Below are positions 1 to 31,876 of a DNA stretch of 64,000 bases, one piece after another (within the stretch, counting starts at the first letter, position 1; each line of letters starts with the position of its first letter). Both the position numbers and the translations under genes were made by a program. The DNA is from Amoebidium appalachense (lineage: Eukaryota; Protista; Ichthyosporea), in contig CAVNZM010000017.1 in assembly GCA_963693365.1 (NCBI GenBank), forward strand, positions 6,624,708-6,688,707, written 5' to 3'. Under the pieces are notes generated by a model. It searched no databases, had not been told where the DNA came from, and was given only the letters and a program-made list of their open reading frames with translations.

Positions 1-13301
<13,301 letters not shown>

Positions 13302-13757
13302 CCTTCCTGTCTATTCCCTCTCTGTGTGTGAACTCTACCCTCCTGGACGATGTTAGTAAGCTCTTGAGCTTCATACATACCACGGTTTGACTCTGCCTAC
13401 GTGACATGTCGTGCGCACACCCTGCACACACCACCACTCCTGATAACATGAATTTTTTTTGTGGATTTGATTGGTGAAACAAGCATCAAGAATGTGTGTA
13501 TCTGATTGATGAGTGGCTGAAAGTGCATCGCACTGATATCATTGGAGACCAAGGGACCGGGGATGAGGGGCTCTCGAGCTCAGGCCGAGCTCGGGTACTT
13601 TTCTTCTCTCTTCTCTCCTCTACTCTTACTCTAAGCATGTGACGATCTATAAGGATGAAAATTAAATCCACGTAAGCTTATTCTCGGCCTACCCCTGTAC
13701 ACATCCGGTTACACGGCTACTTTTATCAGCCAACCACATCGGCAGAGTCAACTTGCG

Positions 13758-13819
13758 AAAAGCAGAATTAGTCTGCAAAAGCGGAATTATTCTGCAAAAA
13801 GCAGAATTATTCTGCAAAA
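13758..13819. promoter_or_regulatory. Three tandem near-palindromes AAAAGCAGAATTATTCTGC about 460 bp upstream of the NARS2 ATG (possible regulatory sites)
   Basis: Units aaaagcagaattagtctgc, aaaagcggaattattctgc and aaaaagcagaattattctgc. A regulatory role is inferred only from position. Confidence 0.35.
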
Positions 13820-13898
13820 TGTGGTTGGGTCCTCACAAACACACAACCCCACACACATACACACAAGCACGTGTGTTTTTTTTTTTGTGTGTGTGTGT

Positions 13899-14001
<103 letters not shown>

Positions 14002-14018
14002 GGCCATAATGTGTGTGT

Positions 14019-14061
<43 letters not shown>

Positions 14062-14067
14062 GGCCAT

Positions 14068-14112
<45 letters not shown>

Positions 14113-14209
14113 ATGCGTGCACGTGTTTACACACGGTATGTTGTTACATGTGTATACAATACACACGTGTGTACACGATTGGTGTGAGATGTCACGGTGT
14201 GTTGATGTC

Positions 14210-14308
<99 letters not shown>

Positions 14309-14432
14309 CGCGCGTGTGCGTGTACGTGTGCGTGCATGCGCGTGCATGGGTGCGTGCGTGCGTGTTACTGATAATAAGACAGCGAGGGAGTGAGCGAGCG
14401 AGAGAGAGGGGGGGTGAGAGAAAGAGAGAGAG

Positions 14433-14524
<92 letters not shown>

Positions 14525-14553
14525 GGGGGAGGGCTTTGGGGGGCAGGGTTAGG

Positions 14554-14608
<55 letters not shown>

Positions 14609-14642
14609 AGAGAGAGAGGAGGGGGGGGGGGGGGGGGGGAGG

Positions 14643-14694
<52 letters not shown>

Positions 14695-14763
14695 CACGCA
14701 CAAAAACGACTACCCGCCCTTCAAAACCCGTTGCCACATGTCCGCCTCGCCCTAATCTCTCTC

Positions 14764-14798
<35 letters not shown>

Positions 14799-15160
14799 CC
14801 AACAACAAAAAAAACAAACAATAATGAAGAAGAGGAAGGATTAATCTTGTTCAAAGTATTTAATTAATATGGCCTACCACTTACCATATTTGGCCTTGCA
14901 ACCCTATACTCTTATTTTGAACACGATCGCTCTCAGTTGAGTGTCAAGTTCTGCTCCCCAACCCCCCCCCTCCACCCCCCCTTCCCCCCACCCCCCACCC
15001 CCCCCCCCTGCTTTCTTCCTCGAAAACCTAGACCCTTCGCGGCCGCCGTTTCCGTTAGTCTGCCCAAGTGTTTATCTAAAACCGCCTCCTCTGCATTGCC
15101 TCCGTTGTACACACGCACACACTGTGAGGCATCTACACACAAAAACACTTGTGTACACGC

Positions 15161-15191
<31 letters not shown>

Positions 15192-16023
15192 GGCACAAAC
15201 ACACATGCCCCATCACGCTTTAGTGTGCACACACACGCTTTTTTTACTGGTCCATTGCACTTACACGAACACACACACAAACACACAAACACAAACAGGT
15301 TGGGGGGGGGGGTGAGGAAAGGGTTGGAGACGATCAAAAAGACACGAGGGATTTCCAAGGAGATCTAGAAAGGGGTATTGGGTGTGTATATACGTGCTGT
15401 ATGTGGTAGGGGAAGGAGGGCGGAAGAGAGCTCGAGGACAAAGGGGCAGGAGGGGGGGGTCACGCCGTCACGGTTTTTGGAAAAAAAAAGTAATAGAGGG
15501 GTCTGGGCAAAGCGTGGCCACCGTGGGGGGAGGGGGGGGGGGGGTAGTGTATTCTGAGAGTGTGCCCTCGTGCTTTTTTTCAATATTCTTAGTCTGTGTG
15601 CAACCACCGACCCGAAAAACAGATATGAGAAGCTTAGTAGAGGGGGATGAACCTAAGAAGGGAGAGAGGGGGAGACAGCTGGGGATTGGGGGGTGGGGGG
15701 GGGGGGGGGAGGAGGGGGGGGGAGGGGGGGGGCCTGAGGTGGGGGAGGGGAGGGGGGGGGGGGGAGGGGAGGGGGGGGGGGGGAAGGGGGGGCCGGAGGA
15801 GGGGGAGGGGAGGGGGGGGGGGGGGGGGTAAGTCGAGTTTGTGTGTCTTTTTTAAATCTTTCAAATTCCTTCATTCATGCGTCTGCAAGGTCAGCGGTGT
15901 GTTTGTATTTTTTTTTTCTTGTATGCTCTTGTATGTATATTTATGATTCTATTGTTGGTGTCATGGTATATTAGCTGGTCTTTTTTTTTTTTATCCCGTA
16001 AACCGTGTTGGTAATATTATGGT

Positions 16024-16059
<36 letters not shown>

Positions 16060-16419
16060 TTGCCCTCACCCTCCTCATATTCACCCCCACCCCTCCCACC
16101 CCTCCGGATTTGATTGCCACCGAGTCTTTAGCATCATAATGATGGGAAAAAATCAGTTGCGAATTTCAAAGAAAAAGCGGCTTGAAGGAAGTTGGTAATA
16201 TAAGAGGCCTGCTTTATGTGGAGCAAAAAGTGTGAAAAAACCCGGCCTACCTTCAGTTCTTTTTTTTTTTTTTTTTTTTTTCCCCGGGAGAGTTGGGGGG
16301 GGGGGGGGGGGGGGGGGGGGGAGGGGGGGGGGAGGGGGTCCCAGGACGTTTGTGCCTTTTTGCCTCCTCCCCTCAACCCCCCCCCCCCCCCCCCCCTTCC
16401 CCCCCTCCCCTCCCCCCCC

Positions 16420-17170
16420 CTCACACACACACACACACCCGACATCAACCACTGACACACTCACACACTGTGAGCCCTCCCCCCCCCCCCCCCCCCCTTC
16501 CCCCCTCCCCCTCCCCCCCCCTCACACACACACACACCCGACATCAACCACTGACACACTCACACACTGTGAGCCCTCCCCCCCCCCCCCCCCCCCCCCC
16601 TCCCCCTCCCCCTTCCCCCCTCCCCCCCCCCCCCTCCCCCAACTTCTCTTCTCCCCTCAAAACAGAATACACCGTCACGTCCTCATCTCACCCCCCCCCC
16701 CCCCCCCCCCCCCCTTCCCCCGGGGATCGGAGCACACACACACACCCTCTCCCCAGTTACAAACTATGTCTCCTCCTCCCCCTCCCCCCCCCCCCCCCCC
16801 TCCCCCCTCCCCCCTTCCCCCCTCCCCCCTCCCCCCCCCCCCTCCCCCAACTTCTCTTCTCCCCTCAAAACAGAATACACCGTCACGTCCTCATCTCCCC
16901 CCCCCCCCCCCCCCCCTTCCCCCGGGGATCGGAGCACACACACACACCCTCTCCCCAGTTACAAACTATGTCTCCTCCTCCCCCTCCCCCCCACCCCCCT
17001 CCCCCCTTCCCCCCTCCCCCCTCCCCCCCCCCCCTCCCCCAACTTCTCTTCTCCCCTCAAAACAGAATACACCGTCACGTCCTCATCCTCACCCCCCCCC
17101 CCCCCCCCTTCCCCCGGGGATCGGAGCACACACACACACCCTCTCCCCAGTTACAAACTATGTCTCCCCC
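16420..17170. repeat. Compound C-rich tandem repeats
   Basis: Two copies of CCCGACATCAACCACTGACACACTCACACACTGTGAGCC, then three copies of a ~200-bp unit (CAACTTCTCTTCTCCCCTCAAAACAGAATACACCGTCACGTCC...CCCAGTTACAAACTATGTCTCC). Confidence 0.9.
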
Positions 17171-17779
17171 TCCCCCTCCCCCCCCCCCCCCCCCCCCCCC
17201 CCCCCAAAAAAAAAGCCACCACCATCACCACCATCTACACATGTGTACACAGAGTCACACACACACACCAAAATAGGTCATCATTGAAATCATGCATGTA
17301 GAAAGCAAGCAAAAAGACCGGAAACACGATAGACACGTCACCAAGTCCTGGTCTATAGTAGTTACTCTTACATAGGTCTGTGTTTACGTAGTCCACATCA
17401 ATTATTTTAAACCATTGAGTTATTTGTGCATAATCTAGTGGTACCACCAATTAGCTGATGGAGAACCCGGATACTAGCCCTCTACCCTTCCTTGCCCAAC
17501 ATTCAGAATGGAATGAAGAATTGATATTTTACGTAATCCAAAAACTACAAATTGATTTTATTCGATGATACTATACGTCTCGAAGCCGCAGCCTAGAACC
17601 GCATGTTTTAAAGAGAAGTTCTTGTAATGAAGATGAAGGGTAGGGAACGTTAACATGAAGGTGCGCGTGCGCGTGCGTGTGCGTGTGTGCATGTGCGTGC
17701 GTGCGTGCGTGCGTGCACGGCGTGCGCGTGCGTGCGTGCGTGCGTGTACGTGTGCGTACGTTTGTGTGTGTGTGTGTGT

Positions 17780-17816
<37 letters not shown>

Positions 17817-17939
17817 CGTGTGTGCGCACGCGCCTGCGTGTGCGTGTGCGTGTGCGTGCGTCCGTGCGTGTGTGTGTGTGTGTGTGTGCGTGTGTGCGTG
17901 TGTGTGATTGTGTGTGTGTGTGTGTGTGTGTGTGCGTGC

Positions 17940-17971
<32 letters not shown>

Positions 17972-18494
17972 CACGTGTGAAAAAGGTCTGTGTGAGATAT
18001 CTTGATGCTCTGAATTGGATAGATAGAGACTGTCACAGTGAGTTACGATAATCCAGATAGAGGGATAGAGGATTCAACAGTGTAACTCGGCGGAGCTATC
18101 TCAGAGATGAGGGAGAAGGGTAAAGGGAAGCTTCGGCAAGAGAGAGGAGAGAGTCTGAGATTGGGCAGGGCCCGGATCAAGACAAGGGAACAGAGATATG
18201 TAGAGAGTTGAGAAATCAGCGGTGCTGACTGCCACCCGAGGTTTATTAATTTTTCATTGTATAGAGTGCATATGCATCTGCATTGGCAAAAGAGACAGAG
18301 CCGAGAAAAAGAGAGGTGGAGAGGGTTGGGGGGGGGGGGGGGGGGGGGGGGGGAGAGGGGGTGGGGGGAGGGAGGGAGGCAGAAAGCGGGGGGGAGTGGG
18401 GGGGGGGGGGGGGGGAAGACAGACAGAGAGAAAGAGAGACAGAAAAAGAGGGAGAGGGAAGAGAGAGAGAGCGCAGGGGAGGGGGCGGGGAGGG

Positions 18495-18871
<377 letters not shown>

Positions 18872-19259
18872 CGCGAGAAGCTTTGACAGTGCTGACTGGC
18901 ACGGTGCACATGTGTGCGCGCGTACTATAGCTAGCATCTTTTGAGTGGACATGTTTTCGTGTAATTTTAACGGCGATGTGTGCATGAATACCGTAATGAG
19001 AAACCTATCTCGAGATTAGAGACTGAATTTATACAAGAATTCGATCGAAGAGCTGGTTAAATCTCAGACGCGGGTAGTGTTTCTACATGTATGTATGTGT
19101 GTGTGCGTGACATGCGTGCTCGTGTGCGTGTGCGTGTGCGTGTGCGTGTGTGCGTTTGTGTTTGTGTACATTGTGTGCGTGTGCGTGTCCGTGTGCGTGG
19201 GTGCGTGTGTATATATAATGCATGTCCACGTGTGTACGTGTGTCTGTGTCCGTCTGTGC

Positions 19260-19320
<61 letters not shown>

Positions 19321-19495
19321 GTGCGCGCGCGCGCGTGTGTGTGTGTGTGTGTTTGTGTGTGCGTGTGTGTCAGGGTGTGTGCTGTACATGTGTGTGTTTG
19401 CATGTGTGTGTGTGTGTGCATGTGTGCCCAAACATTTCAAGGCTAGGGGCGTTTGCTACCACCTACTGAGGCGTTGCCCCCCCCCCCCCCCCCTT

Positions 19496-19532
<37 letters not shown>

Positions 19533-19712
19533 AAAAAGGGATGCCACAAGTAGATGTACAACGTCGCACGTGCGGCAACACGTCAGTACGTGTTAGGGGC
19601 GTTTGCATACATATTTGCACGCGATTCAATATTTCTTGACGCGTTAAAAGTACTGAATGTGTAAGTTAGCTATCGCAAAAAAAACTATTCACCGTCATTG
19701 TGCACCCTGGGC

Positions 19713-24103
<4,391 letters not shown>

Positions 24104-25452
24104 CCCTGGGCTTGAGGTTGCACCGTGCCATGGTCATTGGTGGTCGCGTGTGCGAGTCTCAGAAAATTCCTGGGCACCAATCAGATTACAGCATCGTGCA
24201 TACAAACCTAATCAGGCAAACTTAAATCACTGGAATCCTGTGAGGACCGTTTCGCCGCGCTCCTTGTATACAGGTAGAACCTTTTCAGGAACACAAGTCT
24301 ATGAATACATCTCTTCAGAACGCACTACACAGTTTTTGGTAAAAAAAGACTACATCTAGATTCGAGCATATGCAAATAAAAATGCCTGCAGCTTGAACCT
24401 ATATATAGTACTACGACCCGTCGCGCGGGATAAAAATTCAGCTGGCTGCAGGCGATCGTCGTGCACACTGAGAGTCTGCAGGCTGTGCGCCACCACCATG
24501 GCACCATATACGGTGAATACTCTCCAGGTTTGCGTTTTCCGAGCTTTCCAACCGTTCAACCGCATACAAGTATAGAACGTGATGCTAGAGTAAAAGTAGG
24601 AAATGATACCACGTGTACACGTAGGGGGCCCCCCGGCCAAATCGGCCCGGCTTTTTCCACGTCTTGCACGGTAAAGCGAACACAACTTTTTTCATTTGAT
24701 TGGATCATCAAGCTCGAATACATGCATTTGTTTTATCATTGGAATGGCGTTGGAATTTTCGGTTTAAACTCCCCAAACCTGGCGAGAAATCTTCCAATTA
24801 TTCTCATTTGATATCAACAGACCCTCTCTATCCGGTGCGTCATATTTCTATATGCATATGATTCTAACGTTCGACGCAACAATAATATAATGTTAGGACC
24901 TTTTTATTCTATCAACAAATCTGAAGAAGCTCCAAAAAAAGTTGTCGTAGTGACCGGGCCAAGGCGCGCCGCCCCAGGCCCTAATTTTAGCACTGGAATG
25001 TTGCTCTGGAATGTAGGCACTGATCTTTTGAAACTTGGAAGAAAAATAAAAACATCACATAGCCCGGCCTACAAAATGAAAATTGTGTCATAACAGTATT
25101 GTAACCATTTTCGATGCACAACTAAAGGGTAATACTAAATCCTCTTATAATATATGTATTATTTATATTGAGTGTATGTGTATACATGCAGTATTCAATC
25201 GGGGCAGGGGGTTATATATATACGTACTAAGATAATATAAGACAACGTAAGGTCGACGTTGTCCAAAAAAAAAAAAAAAAAAAAAAAAAACGTCAGAGCA
25301 CTTCCGTTCAAAACCCCCAATACATCGTTCCAGGGTGATTTAACCGATGCAAACAAAATAATTTAGACTGTAGTGTGAGCTCAAAAGCAAACATCGTCCG
25401 CCCATTCGAGCCAGTGACGCTTCAGTGCACACACTGGATACATTGTCTCACT

Positions 25453-26799
25453 ATGGCAAGGCTCTTGGTGGGCTCTTTTGCCCTCTTGGCGGCGGCGCAA
25501 GCCTTTGCTGCACCCTCCCTGAGATCCGAGTACAAAAGCCTCATGAGAGCCGTGACACCCAAGTGTGCATATGAGTGCACCACGCCTATTGGTGTGTACC
25601 GGCCTGGTGTTAAACGGCAGAGTATGTCTGCGAAGATCGACTGCCTGAGTGGTTGTCCTCGCCGTGTCACTGGCTACGACGAACATAAACCCCAGGCTAA
25701 ATTTTTTGCGGCCCCCGTGGCTGGAGCTATCATTCCGTCTATTGCTGAGGCGGGCCTGGGGGTAGCCGGAAACGGTTTAAGTCCTTACTTTGGTGGGGGG
25801 TTGCTCAATGACAACACACCAACGCTTCCAGGGCAGAGCAGTGATCCATTCGACGAACAGCCGCTCTACAACTGGAACAGGTGGCCTACATTCCCCCCTC
25901 CTCGCCCCGACAGAGAGCAGGGCAGCGGTGGGAACAGCCGTCCTGGCAACCAAGGTGGTAACGGTGGGCAGGCAGAGGCAGCCAACCAGGGGAACTCTAA
26001 CGGCCAGACCTCGAACCAAGTCCCTGGGGGTGAAGGTCAGGGCAGCAGCGGTACCAACCACAACACGGGCGAAGGCGGACTCCCCGTTCCTGATGTTAAC
26101 AAACCCACACCCCTTAATGACGGCGGGTCGTCTAAGCCCAACAACAACAACAACAAGCCTTCAGGCGGTGACCAAGCGGCGGTGCCAAATCAAGGAAACG
26201 GCAATCAACCCTCTATTCCCCAGCCAAGCCCCGGAAGCAGCACAGAAGGAACCAACTCCAACACAAACCATGGGGCAAATCCTATCCCCAGCGTTAACGG
26301 TGCCACACCTGTTGACAACGGCCAGTCAAGCAACAACAATCCTTCCTCTTCTGGAAACGGTGGGGCGGCACCGCTTGTTCCATTGCAGGGCGATCCAAAC
26401 AGCGTGCCAAGCCAGAACAACAACGGGAACCAAGGCCAAGGTGCAAGTGGCACCAACGCTGACCCATCAGCAGGGAGCATTGGTATCCCTGCTGTCAACA
26501 CACCCACTAAGCCCAACGGAGGGAATACGGCGGCGGGCGGGAGCGGCGGCAACCCTTGGCCTTCCGGTGGCCAGACTGGCGCGATGGGAGAAAACTATGG
26601 GGGCCGGATACCGGGGGTGTACTCTGATGAGGAGGACTGGGTCATGCCGCCTGAATACCCTGAAGATGACTATGACAGGTACAACGGGGTGTCGAAGAGG
26701 GCCTGGGGCCGCAGTTCCTCTCGTTCTCGGAAGTGGCCCAAGAGGGCTCGTGGCCGAAGCTCAAGTTCCGGAAGGTCCAGGAACCCTCGGAAATGGTGA
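25453..26799 (+). CDS. Intronless secreted protein (448 aa): signal peptide, two CxxxC motifs, three G/N/S/P/Q-rich repeats, basic C-terminal tail
   Basis: Microsatellite-free 1.35-kb ORF. The ATG at 25453 begins MARLLVGSFALLAAAQAFA-AP (signal-peptide-like). Contains CAYEC and CLSGC. Internal repeats resemble GQGSSGTN..G.PIP.VN.PTP.N.G. Confidence 0.8.
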   Translation: MARLLVGSFALLAAAQAFAAPSLRSEYKSLMRAVTPKCAYECTTPIGVYRPGVKRQSMSAKIDCLSGCPRRVTGYDEHKPQAKFFAAPVAGAIIPSIAEAGLGVAGNGLSPYFGGGLLNDNTPTLPGQSSDPFDEQPLYNWNRWPTFPPPRPDREQGSGGNSRPGNQGGNGGQAEAANQGNSNGQTSNQVPGGEGQGSSGTNHNTGEGGLPVPDVNKPTPLNDGGSSKPNNNNNKPSGGDQAAVPNQGNGNQPSIPQPSPGSSTEGTNSNTNHGANPIPSVNGATPVDNGQSSNNNPSSSGNGGAAPLVPLQGDPNSVPSQNNNGNQGQGASGTNADPSAGSIGIPAVNTPTKPNGGNTAAGGSGGNPWPSGGQTGAMGENYGGRIPGVYSDEEDWVMPPEYPEDDYDRYNGVSKRAWGRSSSRSRKWPKRARGRSSSSGRSRNPRKW

Positions 26800-26840
26800 A
26801 GGATAGTAGAGTGATACCCTTTGGTTGCAGATGGGGAGAA

Positions 26841-26883
<43 letters not shown>

Positions 26884-27748
26884 AACTTGTGCCGTGAGCC
26901 TAGGCAAGTGTTATCCCTTCAGCCCCGATGATTGCATCAGTCAAAGTCAAACTTTGGCTCTTTCCTATGTACTGAGGCAAGCTTGTTGATGTTGACTCGC
27001 GATTCTTAGCGTGTTTTTAGATTTTCAGGCTTGCCCCTAATGGTGTTGTACATTTTGCAGGTTTAAAAGTCATGTCAAATAGTATCCATCATCGTTAGGA
27101 TAGTAGTAGCGATTGTTTATATCATAAACTTTGAGCCGTACAAAATTGTTAAGCCATTGTTCGAAGACGAGAAACGGTTGCAAGTTGGCGATGGCTTGAG
27201 GCCAGTGATAATCCGACTCAAGGAACATGTGTGTTAAAATAAAAAAAGGGGAAGAAAAACTGTGATTCAGAAGACTTTCTTTGAAAGTCTCCACGTATTT
27301 GACTCTGTTGAGCCCTTTCCCCCCTCGTCAATATCTGCACACGACGTGCCATTAATTCTCATGCGTCCGAGACCTCAAAACAAATTGTTAGAGAATGTAC
27401 GCTGCGGCATCGTATGCGCACACGGGCATGCCTTTCTCATGCGTGTGTCGTGCTCGCTACATCTCTTCTTATTAATCAATGTGTCCAGACATCTGATCAG
27501 GCCTACTATTCCCTCCCTCCCCCATTTTCCCCCGTCTCCTTTTCTCCTCTTTTTTTCGTCCTTATTTTTCTTTTTCTTTTTCTTTTTGTTTTTGTGACTA
27601 GCTATAGAGCAACTTGCAATCACTCTTCGCCCTTATTACAATTAAACGGTGTGATATTTACATTTTGCGTCTTGTTTCAGCTGAATCACGGCTCCACCTC
27701 TTCTCGCTTTTTGGCCATCCTTCTGAATGAACTTGACTCACTAAAATT

Positions 27749-27779
<31 letters not shown>

Positions 27780-27948
27780 TCACCTGGGCTCCGCCCTTTA
27801 CTGCCCCTCTTCCTCCCTTCCCCCCCCCCCCCCCCCCCCCCCCCCTCCGCCCCTTCGTCTTTTTTTTTCCCTTGTGTTGTTTCTCGGTTGTACCCATGTA
27901 TCCAGCACAAGTACTACGATTTCAACGTTACTAAAACTCAAAAACCCA

Positions 27949-27987
<39 letters not shown>

Positions 27988-28098
27988 ACCCTTCCTCCCC
28001 TCCTCCCCCCATGGCCACATGTATTCTCCCAGAGACACCCACCAAAACAACCATACCCTCAAAATCGCTTTTGCGCGCCTCTCCCTTTCCCAAACCTA

Positions 28099-28489
<391 letters not shown>

Positions 28490-28659
28490 CCCCCCCCCCC
28501 CCCCCCCACCCAAAGGCTTTCCCTCTCTTTCACGTGCACCCCGGCTGTCTGACCACCTATTTACAGCTACGCTACCAATTATGGGCATAGGATTACCATA
28601 TTTGGTCTCGTCGCTGGGATTCGACAGGTTTGAACATTTTTCTTATTCAGTGCCTAATC

Positions 28660-28695
<36 letters not shown>

Positions 28696-28807
28696 CCCCA
28701 TTTTGTACACAATTACCAGCCCCTTCTTCCTCGCAAACATTTCACCTCAGCTTTTATCATGCTATATTCGTCTGCCCCTTGTACACAAGCACAGTGTCAC
28801 ACTAGGC

Positions 28808-28870
<63 letters not shown>

Positions 28871-29834
28871 CACACATACACGTCATTTTTTCCTCTCCTT
28901 GTTCCTCCCTCTCCTTGTGTTACGTAATTACCGCCGCCCATGAAAGTTAAACAATGTGACACCCCAGGCCCAATGCCGTAGATCTGCACGGGTCCTAGGC
29001 ATGGCGGTATGTTTTGGGAACGATTCTGACCAATCATGACTAAGTCTTACTACCCTATATCATTGGTAATTATAGTTAATGGGATTTAGCCCGCAAACAT
29101 ACTGATCATTAGGTGGGCGCAATGCCTTCCTACGGGGGGAGGGGGGCTTTATAGAACATAGTATCAATGCATGTGTAAAGCAAGCTAATTGAAAAGATCG
29201 GCATAAGGATGTCCATATCGCCATAGAAATTACTCCTATGCAAGACACATGGGCGAAAACATGCGATTGTTCTGGATAAAAGCGAGGACTCAAAATGGGG
29301 GAAGGAGGGGGGAAGGGGGGGAGGGGGGAGGGGGGAGGGGGATGGGAGTTGGGAGGAGGGCGGAAGGGGGTTGAAGGGGGGGGGGGGGGGGGGGGGAATT
29401 GGGGTGATGACACGAAGCATAAACGGGGGGAGGCGGGGGAGAGGGCAAGGGGGGGGGGGGGGGGCGGGGTTAGAAATTAATGGAGGGAGGGGAGTAGAAT
29501 GAGAACGGGGCTTATCACATAATTCATAAGGAGGATGTTTGTGGCGGGTGGGCGGATTTAGGGTGGGTGGCTGGAGGGGGGGTTGGGGCTCTGAAACTAA
29601 AATGATAAGCCGAAAGACGAAAGAGAGACATTGTACACAACAAATCAGCAAAATTGTGTGGAGTAAAATCACTGACTAATGATTTCACGTTTCCATGTTC
29701 ACGAAACCACATGTCCATTCTCCAGTGTGTGTGTGTTGGGGGGAGGGGGAGGTGGGGGGGTGCTGACGACAAAAGGAAGTATGGGCGGGATGGGGGGGGG
29801 GGGGGGGGGGGGGGGGGGGGAGTGGGGATGGAAT

Positions 29835-29871
<37 letters not shown>

Positions 29872-31331
29872 CTTCGAACCAAGCTGATAAGCCGATAAGC
29901 TAAAAACAAAATGTGGGGGGAAGTGGGGGGGGGATGAACACACCGAATCGGATAAAATCATGCAGAACTGCAATATCGACTTAAAGGAAGTATTCTTTTA
30001 GGCCAATTTATAGGCCATTATTGGTCAAGCTAAAATGCTGTTTGATGAGCACTTTACCTATCATAAAGCGTAAATAAATTTCGGGTCTGACACGACTTGG
30101 ATTTTCTAAAAGAAACCCCCTATAAAATATCTCCTCTTTGCATATCAACGACGCAATGTATACTGGTTTCCCATACCATAAAACGTGCCGGAGTGTAATT
30201 GTTCCCTCGGTTCCAACCACCACTAACAGTGGCTGAAATTTGAGGCTGGGAGAAGACCCCAGCACATTCCATTAGTGAAACTGCATAGAAGGCTATTGGT
30301 AAATCTAGTAGTACTCACGTATGAGCAACTTTCCATGGCCAGATATGCTCATTTACTAGTTGTTGTGTGCTACCCTGTGGTGTACTGGGTGAGGGCCCTG
30401 AGACGAAATGTACAAGTTCAGCTGGTTGAAATAATTTGCTGTCATGATATATGGTCGGTTTCGAATTCCACCCCTTTTTCTTTCATTTTTCTATCTTTTT
30501 CTTTCGTTTTTTTATTTTCGTGGGGGGGGGGGGGGGGGGGGGGGGGAATTTTAACAGTTAGTCTAAGAGATAAGCAGAATGTGATATGTTACCACCCATG
30601 GGGTGAGATCGACCGGAGGGAGAAGGGGGGGGGGGGGGGGGGAGGGGGGGGGAGCTGATATTGTCGATACCGGTCACGTGCATACACAATCAAAACAGTG
30701 TATATGAACACATAAAATACAAGCACGAAGAGTACATGTGCGGCGAGTAAGAAGCAAGGAACCACACAATCAGAGCCCATCCTCTGAATGGGGTACCCCC
30801 AACCCGTCGAAAGGGGCCCTGGGGGGCCGAAAGGCCAGGGGAAGTGGGGGAGAGAGAGAGTACAGGCACTTTTTTGTGTGTGTGTGTGGGAGGGGAGGAG
30901 GGGGGGGGGGAGGGGAGGAGGAGGGGGGGACATAATGATAGATTAATTTTAAAGTCGACCTTTCATTATTTGTCCAGCATGTTAAGCACAGTGCCGGGGT
31001 ACCTCATGCAATACACCTGGGATCAGCCCCCAAAGTGTATCAATTGGCCAGGTGTAACAAGAAGTGAATACGACAGTTGCATTAGTAAGTTATCACTGGT
31101 GTCGGGTCTGCGGCACTTATAAATAGATATGGGAAGCCTTGAAACTAGCCGTCTCCCTATACTATATATCCTTCAGGTGTATTTTAAAGGGGTTTCAAGG
31201 CTTTTAGGCCGATTAATTGGCCACATTCCGGCACATACGGGCCAAGCCATACAAATCAAATTTTGAACTGCAATGTTCTTCCTAACGCCTGGTTATTCTT
31301 CTTCCCTTTTTCTTTCTTTCTTTCTCCCCCC

Positions 31332-31364
<33 letters not shown>

Positions 31365-31785
31365 TTTTTTTTTTTTTTTTTTGGGTTGTATCATAGCACA
31401 TCTGTGCCTTCTTGCCGGCAAAACATGTCGGTTACCGGGACCGGCTCTGATGCGCAGCAGGCCAATTACAGAGCTAGAAATCTCTCTAAGCCGACCCGAC
31501 CCGGAAACCTAAAAGTGAACGTGATATAGTTTCATCAATCAATTACCACATATGGCGTCGCAATTATACATCTGTATCGTGGGTAAACTAATATTAGCTG
31601 TCCAATACACCAATATGCAATTGTTCATGGAGGGCAGTGCAAATCCACACACGAATGTATCAATACGCTGGTGTAGAAATGCGATCGAGGGACCCTGTAC
31701 CACCACCTCACCCCAAAACACCGTGACATACATCATAAACACCAACACGTGCACCCACCTGTTCTGCAATTAAAATTAGTTTCAT

Positions 31786-31876
<91 letters not shown>

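Noticed and set aside
24615-25075. GC-rich ends suggesting a MITE
   Set aside because: The inverted match is poor and no TSD is visible.
25241-25290. Hairpin GACAACGT/ACGTTGTC followed by an A-run (terminator-like or retrocopy tail)
   Set aside because: Eukaryotic context, no TSD and no associated element; A-runs are common in this window.
27070-27230. Protein-like minus-strand segment (ESDYHWPQAIANLQPFLVFEQWLNNF...)
   Set aside because: Short, with no recognised family or clear splice partners; needs a database search.
29498-29520. AGAACGGGGCTTATC resembling RNase P/MRP CR-V
   Set aside because: No upstream CR-I partner or plausible fold; the upstream DNA is G-run repeat.
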